Source of the DNA: an uncultured Acidobacteriota bacterium
Lineage (GTDB): Bacteria; Acidobacteriota; Thermoanaerobaculia; Multivoradales; SZUA-115
Direction: 5' to 3'
DNA length: 64,000 nucleotides
Assembly: GCA_963805975.1 (NCBI GenBank)
Contig: CAWDVR010000005.1
Location: 288,001 to 352,000 of the forward strand
Part shown: piece after piece, positions 1 through 7,618 of the stretch
Position numbering within the stretch: the first letter of the stretch is position 1
Layout: each line of letters begins with the position of its first letter
Program-made: the position numbers and the translations under genes
Notes under the pieces: generated by a model
What the model saw: the letters and a program-made list of their open reading frames with translations, nothing else
Database searches by the model: none
Told to the model about the DNA's origin: nothing

Positions 1-2633
1 CCGAGCCGCGCGGCGCGCTCGCGGCCGGTGGTGAAGGCGGTGGTGGTGACCGTCGCCTCCGTCGGGCCGTAGGAGCTGAGGAACCGGACCTCGTGCCGGG
101 CGAGCTCCGCCCAGGCCTCGAGCTTCTTGCCCGAGACGCTCTCGCCGCCCGTCAGGTAGAGGCGCACGCCCGGCTCGAGAGGCTCACCCGACGCGGTGAG
201 GTCGTCCACCCACTGGCGCCAGCGCGCCGCCGGCAGGTCGAGGACGGTCAAGGCGAGCCGTGCCGAGAGCGCCTGGATCTCGTCGCTGCCGAGCGCGGCC
301 GGGCGCGGATGCAGGGCCACCGAGGCGCCGTGCGCGAGCGGCACCAGGAGCTGCAGCACCGAGGCGTCGAAGTTCGCCGGCGCGAACCACAGGAAGCGGT
401 CGTGGGGCGCGATGTCGAGCAGCCGGCCCGCGGCGCCCAGGAAGCTCGCGAGCGCGCGCCGGGGGACGACCACTCCCTTCGGCCGTCCCTGCGAGCCCGA
501 GGTGTAGATCAGGTAGGCGGCGGTCTCGGGATCGGGCTCTCGGCGGGCCGTTGCCGCCGCTTCCTCACCGTGGCCGGCGCTCGCCAGGGAGATCGGGAGC
601 CGGCCGAGCGTCGTCGCCGCCAGGGCGGCCTCGGTCTCGCCATGGGTGAGTACCAGCGCCACCCCGGCGTCTTCGAGGAGCGCCGCCAGGTACTCGGCCG
701 GCGCAGCCGGATCGAGCGGCACGTAGGCGGCGCCCACCTCGAGCACGGCGAGCATCCCGGTCACCGCCTCGAACGAGCGCTCGGCGAGGAGCGCCACGCG
801 GTCCTCGGGTTTCACCCCGCGGTCGAGGAGCCGGGCCGCCAGGGCGCGGGCACGGCGGCCGAGCTCGCCGTAGGAGAGGCGCTCGTCCTCGGTGAGGAGA
901 GCGACGGCGTCCGGAGTGGCGAACGCGGGCCCGGCGAAGAGGCCGTGCACCGAGGCCGGTCCCGTGATCGGCTCCCGAGGCCGCGCCGCATAACCGGCGC
1001 TCCACTCGGCGACCACCTGCTGGCGCTCGCCGGCGGCGAGGAGCGGCAGCGTCTCGAGCGCGGCGGAGGCGTCGGCCGCCACGGCGTGGAGCAGGGCCTC
1101 GAGGTTGGCCAGCATGCGCGCCGGAGTCGAGCCGTCGAAGAGGTCGGCGTCGTGCTCGAGCACCAGGTCGAGGGCGTCGGGCCGGTCGGTCACCCGCAGC
1201 ACCAGGTCGTAGTCCGCGCTCCGCACCCCGGTGTCGAGGCGCCGGAGCACCAGGCCGGGCAGGTCGAAGCACGGCTCGGGGCCGCTCCGCAGCACGAAAG
1301 GCACCTGGAACAGCGGCGCGTGCGAGAGCGTTCGCTCCGGCTGCAGCTCCTCGACCACCTTCTCGAACGGCAGGTCCTGGTGCGCGAAAGCGCCCAGCGC
1401 CGCCTCCCGCACGCGGTGGCAGAGGTCGAGGAACGAGCGGCAGCCGGCGAGGTGGACGCGCAGGCTGACGTTGTTGACCAGTGGGCCGATCAGGCGCTCT
1501 GTCTCTCGCCGGCTGCGCGAGGCGATCGGCATGCCGAGCACCAGGTCGCGCTGGCCGCTGTAGCGGGCGAGAAGCGCCACGAAGGCCGCGAGCAGGGTCA
1601 TGAACAGCGTGCCGCTCTGCGCCCCGGGCAACGCTCGCAGGCGCCGGACGAGCGCCTCGGGAAGCCGGCGCGCCACCTGGGCGGCCTGAAAGCTCCGCAC
1701 CGCGGGCCGTGGCCTGTCGGTGGGCAGCTCGAGCACCGGGGGGGCGCCCCGGAGCTGCTGGCGCCAGTAGGCGAGCGGCGCCTCGGTGGTGCGCCCGCCC
1801 AGGCAGCGGCGCTGCCAGGCGGCGAAGTCCGGGTACTGGAGCGCGAGCGGCGGCAGGGCCGGTGCGGAGCCTTCGACGAGGCCGCGGTAGAAGGCGGCGA
1901 GCTCCTCGACGAACAGGTCGAGCGACCAGGCGTCCGCCGCGATCTGGTGGATCGCCACCACCAGCAGGTGCTCCTCGGGCGCGAAGCGCAGGAGGGTGAG
2001 CCGCAGCAGCGGGCCGTGCGCGAGGTCGAAGCGCAGGCGCACCTGCCGCGCCTCGGTGGTCGCTACGAGCGCCGCGCGGTCCCGGCCGCGCAGCCGGCCG
2101 GCGTCCACCACCGCCAGAGGGATCGCGCTCGGCGGGTCGATCCCCTGCGCGGCGCGGCCCTCTACCGCCGGGAAGCGGCTGCGCAGCACCTCGTGGCGCG
2201 CGATCACCTGGCCGGCGCTGGCAGCGAAGCGCGCCAGGTCGAGGTCCCCCGAGATCTCGAGCGCCGTCGACACCACGTGCGCCGGGTTGCCCGGCTCGAG
2301 CTGCTCCAGGAACCAGAGCCGCTCCTGGGCGAAAGAAAGCGGCGGCCGGCCCCGTCGGGGCAGCGGCTCGAGCGGCGGCTCGCGCAGGCCGTAGCCGGCG
2401 CGGATCGCGGCCTCCACCTCGCGCGCCAGGGCGGCGACGGTCGGTGCCTCGAAGACCTGGCTCACCGCGAGCTCCACCTGGAAGGCTTCTGCCAGCCGGG
2501 CCGCGATGCGCATGGCGGCGAGCGAGTCCCCGCCCAGGGCGAAGAGGTCGTCGTGAACGCCCACCTGATCGCGGCCCAAGACGGCGCTCGCGATCTCCAC
2601 CAGGACTTCCTCGATAGGGGAGCTGGGAGTCAT
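1..2633 (-). CDS. Non-ribosomal peptide synthetase, 5' part (PCP - condensation - adenylation; continues beyond the window start)
   Basis: Not in the ORF track; translated by hand from ATG at 2633, with an in-frame TGA upstream. Motifs: LFALGGDSL (PCP), LSFAQERLWFLEQL, IHQIAADAWS, AHQDLPFEKVVEEL (C domain), AYLIYTSGSQGRPKGV, NFDASV, TGGE and SYGPTE (A domain). Confidence 0.95.
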   Translation of the reverse strand, partial: MTPSSPIEEVLVEIASAVLGRDQVGVHDDLFALGGDSLAAMRIAARLAEAFQVELAVSQVFEAPTVAALAREVEAAIRAGYGLREPPLEPLPRRGRPPLSFAQERLWFLEQLEPGNPAHVVSTALEISGDLDLARFAASAGQVIARHEVLRSRFPAVEGRAAQGIDPPSAIPLAVVDAGRLRGRDRAALVATTEARQVRLRFDLAHGPLLRLTLLRFAPEEHLLVVAIHQIAADAWSLDLFVEELAAFYRGLVEGSAPALPPLALQYPDFAAWQRRCLGGRTTEAPLAYWRQQLRGAPPVLELPTDRPRPAVRSFQAAQVARRLPEALVRRLRALPGAQSGTLFMTLLAAFVALLARYSGQRDLVLGMPIASRSRRETERLIGPLVNNVSLRVHLAGCRSFLDLCHRVREAALGAFAHQDLPFEKVVEELQPERTLSHAPLFQVPFVLRSGPEPCFDLPGLVLRRLDTGVRSADYDLVLRVTDRPDALDLVLEHDADLFDGSTPARMLANLEALLHAVAADASAALETLPLLAAGERQQVVAEWSAGYAARPREPITGPASVHGLFAGPAFATPDAVALLTEDERLSYGELGRRARALAARLLDRGVKPEDRVALLAERSFEAVTGMLAVLEVGAAYVPLDPAAPAEYLAALLEDAGVALVLTHGETEAALAATTLGRLPISLASAGHGEEAAATARREPDPETAAYLIYTSGSQGRPKGVVVPRRALASFLGAAGRLLDIAPHDRFLWFAPANFDASVLQLLVPLAHGASVALHPRPAALGSDEIQALSARLALTVLDLPAARWRQWVDDLTASGEPLEPGVRLYLTGGESVSGKKLEAWAELARHEVRFLSSYGPTEATVTTTAFTTGRERAARL

Positions 2634-2792
2634 GAGACAGACGGGCGGGAAGAGCCGACCCCGATCAGCGGCCCTGGCTCAGGATAGCGGGGTGCGTTGC
2701 TGGAGAATTCTCCGGTGCTCTGTCGATCACGCGCTAAAAGTGCGGTCGGAGGAGGGAAGTGAGACAGGGGGGCCTGGGAAGTACTGGAGAAT

Positions 2793-3989
2793 TCAGCGCC
2801 CCAGCCAGTGCTCGACCGGGCGGGAGAGGAAGTCCTCCACCGCGATGCCGTCGCCGCCTACGAGGAGCTTCCGGTGAGGCTTGTATGCCTCCGCGAAAGC
2901 CGCGAGCCCGGGCTGTACGTCCCGTGACCGGCTGCTCTTGACCTCGATCGCGATGAGCATCCGACCCTTCTCGACCACGAAATCCACTTCCCGGTTGCGG
3001 TCGCGCCAGTAGTAGACCTCGCAAGTGCCAGCGGCGGCGGCATTGGCCAAGTGGGCGCCCACCGCCGACTCCACCAGCCGCCCCCAGAGCTCGTGGTCCT
3101 TGCGGGCTTGCTGGAGCGTGAGCCCTAGAGGCGAGGTCATCAGTGCCGTATTGAGCACCTGGAGTTTGGGGCTCGAGGCGCGCCGGCGCACAGTCTCGCC
3201 GGCGTACTTGGCCAGCCCGGTGAGCATTCCCGCCGCGGCCAGAAGGTCCAGGTAGTGCGCGAGGGTGGTCGCGTTGCCGGCGTCCTGGAGCTGGCCAAGC
3301 ATCTTGGTGAAGGAGAGAATCTGTCCTGAGTAGCTCGCCCCGAGCTGGAACAACCGGCGCAGGAGGGCCGGCTTGTCGACCCGCGACAGCAGCAAGACAT
3401 CGCGGGAGATCGTGGTTTCGACGAGGGAGTCCAGCACGTAGCGCGCCCAGCGCTTGGGCTCGCGGATCAGGGGCGCGGCGCCCGGATAGCCGCCGAAGAA
3501 GAGGTACTGATCGAGTGACCAGCCGAAGGCCTCCCGCATCTCGATCAGCGACCAGTGCGGCAGGTAGAGCACCTCGAAGCGCCCGGCTAGACTCTCCGAG
3601 AACCCCTGCTGGAGAAGGAGCGGCGCAGACCCGAGCACGATTACCTTGAGGCGCCGGCCGGCTCGGGTGTCCTCGTCCCACAACCGTTTGACGGGCTCGG
3701 ACCAGCCGGGGATCTTCTGCACCTCGTCGAGGACGAGCACGGCCCCCTGTCGGCCCGCCTCCTGCGCTTCGAGGCGGGCCGCCTCCCACTGCTGCTCGAG
3801 CCAGGCCGACCCGCGAAGCGCGGGTTCGTCGGCACTGGCAAGGCGCGTAGGAAGGCCCGAAGCGCTGGTAACCTGTTGCACGAGAGTGGTCTTGCCGACC
3901 TGGCGAGGGCCGGCCACCGCCACGATGAACCGGCGGGGCTCCTTGAGGCGGCGGGCCAGGATGGCGCCCTGGGGGCGAGAGAAGGGCAT
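2793..3989 (-). CDS. AAA+ ATPase (AAA_14 + DUF4143-type) with C-terminal PD-(D/E)XK-like motif
   Basis: Walker A GPRQVGKT, Walker B LVLDEVQ, ESLAGRF, GGYPG, and C-terminal YYWRD..EVDFVV..IAIEVKS. Confidence 0.9.
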   Translation of the reverse strand: MPFSRPQGAILARRLKEPRRFIVAVAGPRQVGKTTLVQQVTSASGLPTRLASADEPALRGSAWLEQQWEAARLEAQEAGRQGAVLVLDEVQKIPGWSEPVKRLWDEDTRAGRRLKVIVLGSAPLLLQQGFSESLAGRFEVLYLPHWSLIEMREAFGWSLDQYLFFGGYPGAAPLIREPKRWARYVLDSLVETTISRDVLLLSRVDKPALLRRLFQLGASYSGQILSFTKMLGQLQDAGNATTLAHYLDLLAAAGMLTGLAKYAGETVRRRASSPKLQVLNTALMTSPLGLTLQQARKDHELWGRLVESAVGAHLANAAAAGTCEVYYWRDRNREVDFVVEKGRMLIAIEVKSSRSRDVQPGLAAFAEAYKPHRKLLVGGDGIAVEDFLSRPVEHWLGR

Positions 3990-3995
3990 CGACGG

Positions 3996-4037
3996 ATTAC
4001 TCAGTACGCTGAGTAATTTTACTCAATCCCTTGAGTA
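3996..4037. promoter_or_regulatory. Two tandem palindromic operator-like sites (TACTCAR-N4-YTGAGTA)
   Basis: ATTACTCAG-tacg-CTGAGTAAT (3996-4017) and TACTCAA-tccc-TTGAGTA (4020-4037), 22 bp period, AT-rich, immediately upstream of the ATPase ATG. Confidence 0.7.
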
Positions 4038-4232
4038 CTGGCAACCGCCCCTAAGCCGACTCCGGGTCCGGGTGGGGCTCGCCTTCTCTAAGGGGAATGC
4101 GGTTGGCCGCCTTCCATCACCCGGCGCTGGAAGATCCGACCGAACTTTCACCCGTCAGGCCCGTATTTGGTACTCGCCCGGCGGTGGAGCCGGAAACAGG
4201 AGAGTCTCATGCGTTCGCACCAGGAGTGGAAA

Positions 4233-5801
4233 ATGAGGACAGCGGCGATCGTCTTTGCCCTCTCGATTTTTGGGCTGCCCGTGCTCGCGATCGAGGAGCC
4301 CGCCCCGCCGCAGGCCGCGGCGGCCGAAAAGAAGCCCGCGGAGCCCTCCGAGCGCCTCCAGGAGACCACCCACACGCTGCGCCTGGGCAACACCGCGCTC
4401 TCCTACCGCGCCTTGGCCGGCGAGATGGTGATCCGCGACGAGAAGGAGAAGCCGACGGCGAAGATCTTCTACGTCGCCTACCTGAAGAAAGAGGACGGCA
4501 AGGACGCGGCCCAGAGCCTGACGCGCCGGCCCGTCACTTTCGCCTTCAACGGCGGCCCCGGCTCCTCCGCGGTCTGGCTCCACCTCGGCGCCTTCGGCCC
4601 GCGGCGGGTGGTGGTCGACGAGATGGGGCGGCCGGCCGGCCCGCCCTACAGTCTGGAGGACAACCCCGAGAGCCTTCTCGACCTCACCGACCTGGTGTTC
4701 GTGGACCCGGTGTCCACGGGCTTCAGCCGCACCGTGGAAGGCCAAAAAGCCGAGCCCTTCCACGAGGTGCACGGCGACATCGAATCCATGGCGGAGTTCA
4801 TCCGCGTCTTCACCACGCGCCACGGCCGCTGGGCCTCGCCGATCTTCCTCGCCGGCGAGAGCTACGGCACGATCCGGGCCTCGGGGCTCGCGGACTACCT
4901 GCAGCGCCGCTACGGCCTCTACCCGAACGGCGTGGTGCTGCTCTCGCAGGCCCTGAACGAGGCGACCTTCATGGCCCAGCCGGGCAACGACCTCGCCTAC
5001 ATGATGACCCTGCCCTCGTTCGCCGCCACGGCCTGGTACCACGAGAAGCTCGCCTCCGACCTCCAGGGCCTGGGCCTCGAAGCGGTGATCGAGCAGGCCT
5101 CCGCCTTCGCGCTCGGCCCGTACGCGAACGCGCTCCTTCGCGGCGCCTCGCTGCCGGCTGCCGAGCGCGCGGAGATCGTCGGCCAGCTCGCGCGCTTTAC
5201 GGGCCTGCCGGCCGCGGAGATCGAGAAGCGGGACCTGCGGGTGGACCACATGAGCTTCGCCGGCCTGCTGCTCGAAGGCGACCGTCTCGCCGTCGGCCTT
5301 CTCGACAGCCGCTACACCGGCTTCGTCAATGCCCTGCCCAACGAGACCTTCGCGGTGCAGTACCTCTACCCACTCTTCGATCCCTTCCACGCCGACGTCG
5401 CCGGCATGTTCACGGCGACCCTCCACCACTACCTCAAGGAGGAGCTGAAGTTCGCGAGCGAAGAGCGCTACGAGACGCTCGCCATGCCGGTCGCCGCCGG
5501 CTGGGACTACCGCCGGGTGACCAACCGCTACCTCTACGCCGCCGGCAACCTCAAGACCGCGATGACTCTGAACCCCAAGCTCAAGGTATTCGTCGCCAAC
5601 GGCGACTACGACCTGGTGACCACCCACCTCTCGGCCGAGTACGTGATCGATCACCTCGGCCTGGACGCACGCCTGCAGAAGAACATCAAGCTGGTCCACT
5701 ACCCGGCGGGGCACATGATGTACATGCACGCGCCGTCGCTCGAAGCGCTGAAGAAGGATCTCGCGGCGTTCTACCGCGCCGCGGTGCCCTGCGACTGCTG
5801 A
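4233..5801 (+). CDS. Secreted serine carboxypeptidase, peptidase S10 family
   Basis: AGGAG RBS before ATG 4233; signal peptide; FNGGPGSS, DPVSTGFS, GESYG (catalytic Ser), GDYDLVT, AGHMMY. Confidence 0.92.
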   Translation: MRTAAIVFALSIFGLPVLAIEEPAPPQAAAAEKKPAEPSERLQETTHTLRLGNTALSYRALAGEMVIRDEKEKPTAKIFYVAYLKKEDGKDAAQSLTRRPVTFAFNGGPGSSAVWLHLGAFGPRRVVVDEMGRPAGPPYSLEDNPESLLDLTDLVFVDPVSTGFSRTVEGQKAEPFHEVHGDIESMAEFIRVFTTRHGRWASPIFLAGESYGTIRASGLADYLQRRYGLYPNGVVLLSQALNEATFMAQPGNDLAYMMTLPSFAATAWYHEKLASDLQGLGLEAVIEQASAFALGPYANALLRGASLPAAERAEIVGQLARFTGLPAAEIEKRDLRVDHMSFAGLLLEGDRLAVGLLDSRYTGFVNALPNETFAVQYLYPLFDPFHADVAGMFTATLHHYLKEELKFASEERYETLAMPVAAGWDYRRVTNRYLYAAGNLKTAMTLNPKLKVFVANGDYDLVTTHLSAEYVIDHLGLDARLQKNIKLVHYPAGHMMYMHAPSLEALKKDLAAFYRAAVPCDC

Positions 5802-5882
5802 GGGGCTCGTAGCGGTAGCTCTCCTCCGGATCGAGGGCGCTCGCTACGGCATACGACACCTCCTGAGTTCGGGCTCGCCGGC

Positions 5883-6596
5883 TCACTCCACAATCACGCG
5901 AGCCTTGAAGTCGTAGTCCGAGCCGTGCCAGCTCGAGAAGTCGACGTCGTATCGATAGTCCTCATCCTTCTCGAGACTCGCAGTTGCGGCTTTCTCGTCG
6001 ACCAGGCGATTGTCGCGGTAGAGGGCGATCCTGATCCTGACCGACGTACGGCTGTCGCCGTAATTCTTGACATGTCCCCATGCCCGCACGTCGTCCCCGA
6101 TGATGTAAACGAAAGGGCCATAGTAGGCGCGGACATAGGCGGTAGCGGGCCTGGGCTTCACGGCCTCGTGATCCACCGACGACCGAACCCGTTGGCGATT
6201 CAGCTCCTCAACCGCACTGCCGAGGCCCTTGCGATAGGCCTCCGCGGCGCGGGCTGCTTGCTCTGCGGCGGCAGCGGTCGCCTGACGCTTCTGCTCGGCC
6301 TGAACGAGCTCTAGCTTCAATCGCTGGTTCTCCGCCTCGACGACGGCGCTTTCTGCCTCGGCGATACGGGCCGCCTCAGTCTTCTCACGCTCAATCTGCG
6401 CCTGGAGAGCTTTTTCACGCTGAGCTGCGGCTCTTCGAGCGGCGATCTCGGCATCAACCTGCGCAACTGCCTCTGCCTCGGCTGCACGTTGGCGATCCAG
6501 CAGGTAGACCAGACCTCCGCCGACGAGCACGGCCAAGACCACCAAGGCCGCGACGCTACCCACGACGCTCGACCGGCTGGCGCTGGCTGCGGGCAT
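5883..6596 (-). CDS. Membrane-anchored coiled-coil protein with C-terminal Ig-like (FxLYD/CARDB-like) domain
   Basis: AGGAG RBS; N-terminal TM helix; Ala/Glu/Gln/Arg coiled coil; beta-rich C-terminus GHVKNYG..VRIRIALYRDNRLVD. Confidence 0.7.
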   Translation of the reverse strand: MPAASASRSSVVGSVAALVVLAVLVGGGLVYLLDRQRAAEAEAVAQVDAEIAARRAAAQREKALQAQIEREKTEAARIAEAESAVVEAENQRLKLELVQAEQKRQATAAAAEQAARAAEAYRKGLGSAVEELNRQRVRSSVDHEAVKPRPATAYVRAYYGPFVYIIGDDVRAWGHVKNYGDSRTSVRIRIALYRDNRLVDEKAATASLEKDEDYRYDVDFSSWHGSDYDFKARVIVE

Positions 6597-6618
6597 ACAG
6601 ATCTCCTATGCTCGGAAT

Positions 6619-6640
6619 CTCTTAACAGACTCTTAACAGA
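6619..6640. promoter_or_regulatory. Perfect 11-bp tandem direct repeat (CTCTTAACAGA x2), candidate OmpR/PhoB-family site
   Basis: The minus strand reads CTGTTAA-gagt-CTGTTAA, about 22 nt upstream of the ATG at 6596. Confidence 0.45.
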
Positions 6641-6721
6641 GGGAAGTCGGCAAGACAAGTGCGCATTCGGCTCTGAGGCGTCAGGCTGGCGGACGCTTCG
6701 TCGGTGCGGCACCGAGTAGAG

Positions 6722-6798
6722 TGGTGCGCCCTAGTGGATTCGAACCACTGACCTACAGCTCCGGAGGCTGTCGCTCTATCCAGCTGAGCTAAGGGCGC
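6722..6798 (-). tRNA. tRNA-Arg (CCG)
   Basis: GCGCCCTTAGCTCAGCTGGATAGAGCG-ACAGC-CT-CCG-GA-GCTGT...GGTTCGAATCC...GGGCGC-A-CCA; 77 nt. Confidence 0.97.
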
Positions 6799-6859
6799 GT
6801 GGAGGACCCAGCGCTTGAGGAGGCTTGCTGTTCCAACCGCCGCCGGCGCGGCTTCAAGT

Positions 6860-6936
6860 TGGCCTGCCTGGAGGGATTCGAACCCCCGACCCGCGGCTTA
6901 GAAGGCCGCTGCTCTATCCAACTGAGCTACAGGCAG
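6860..6936 (-). tRNA. tRNA-Arg (UCU)
   Basis: CTGCCTGTAGCTCAGTTGGATAGAGCA-GCGGC-CT-TCT-AA-GCCGC...GGTTCGAATCC...CAGGCAG-G-CCA; 77 nt. Confidence 0.97.
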
Positions 6937-6982
6937 CGGCTGCGCGATTCCGTGCCACCGACTCGAATGTCGACGGTGGCGT

Positions 6983-7059
6983 TGGTCGGGGCGCCCAGAT
7001 TTGAACTGGGGACCCCCTGCGCCCAAGGCAGGTGCGCTACCAGGCTGCGCCACGCCCCG
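6983..7059 (-). tRNA. tRNA-Pro (UGG)
   Basis: CGGGGCGTGGCGCAGCCTGGTAGCGCA-CCTGC-CT-TGG-GC-GCAGG...GTTCAAATC...GCCCCG-A-CCA; 77 nt. Confidence 0.97.
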
Positions 7060-7077
7060 TCGGAAGACGCGACGATA

Positions 7078-7106
7078 AGTGTAGGGCAGGCCGAGAGGGG
7101 TGTCAA
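7078..7106 (-). promoter_or_regulatory. Sigma70 promoter of the tRNA operon
   Basis: TTGACA-17 nt-TACACT directly upstream of tRNA-Pro. Confidence 0.85.
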
Positions 7107-7115
7107 ACCTTCTGT

Positions 7116-7604
7116 CTACTGAACTTCGCCCTTCGTCTTCTGAGCTTCCGGAGTCTGGAAGTAGGCCCGCCGGAACTTCAAAGGCGGGCGGCCGGGGCTG
7201 CCCGCGACCCGCAGAGTGAGGCGGATCTCCCGCGCTTCCGCCAGCAGCCGGGAGGCGAGGTCGTTGAGCGGCACGGCGAGCGTCATGTGGTGGAGAGGGG
7301 CGGCCGGCTTCTCCTGCGGCGACCCCACGGTTCCTGCCACGGCCAGGACCGGCCCAGGCTCCTCGGACCCCTCGTCCGGAGGTCCGAGCACTTCGATCGT
7401 CAGCCCTTCGTCCGAGCCCAGCTCGAGGTCTTCGAGCATCAGGACGGCAGCCGGCGCCGAGGCGTCCCCGGCCGAGCGCGCCACGGCCTGTCTCGAAACC
7501 TCCGGCGGAACCTCGAGCAGCACCGATCTCGTCGCCTCCTGTGCGGCGCAGGTGAGGGCCGCTGCCACCACGGGCCAGACGAGCACTGGGTACGGCCCCC
7601 ACAT
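7116..7604 (-). CDS. Exported hypothetical protein resembling a stand-alone polyphenol-oxidase C-terminal domain
   Basis: ATG 14 nt after the oxidase stop; signal-peptide-like N-terminus; VLMLEDLEL..IEVLG..LAVPLND..IRLTLRV follows the strand pattern of the neighbouring oxidase C-terminus. The ORF-track extension to 8204 overlaps the oxidase and is unlikely. Confidence 0.65.
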   Translation of the reverse strand: MWGPYPVLVWPVVAAALTCAAQEATRSVLLEVPPEVSRQAVARSAGDASAPAAVLMLEDLELGSDEGLTIEVLGPPDEGSEEPGPVLAVAGTVGSPQEKPAAPLHHMTLAVPLNDLASRLLAEAREIRLTLRVAGSPGRPPLKFRRAYFQTPEAQKTKGEVQ

Positions 7605-7618
7605 GACGCCAGGATAGC

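Noticed and set aside
93-2687. 864-aa plus-strand ORF
   Set aside because: Antisense shadow of the NRPS; all recognisable motifs are on the minus strand.
5802-6798. Integrative element at the tRNA-Arg(CCG) 3' end
   Set aside because: No integrase and no duplicated tRNA 3' end (att site) found in the window.
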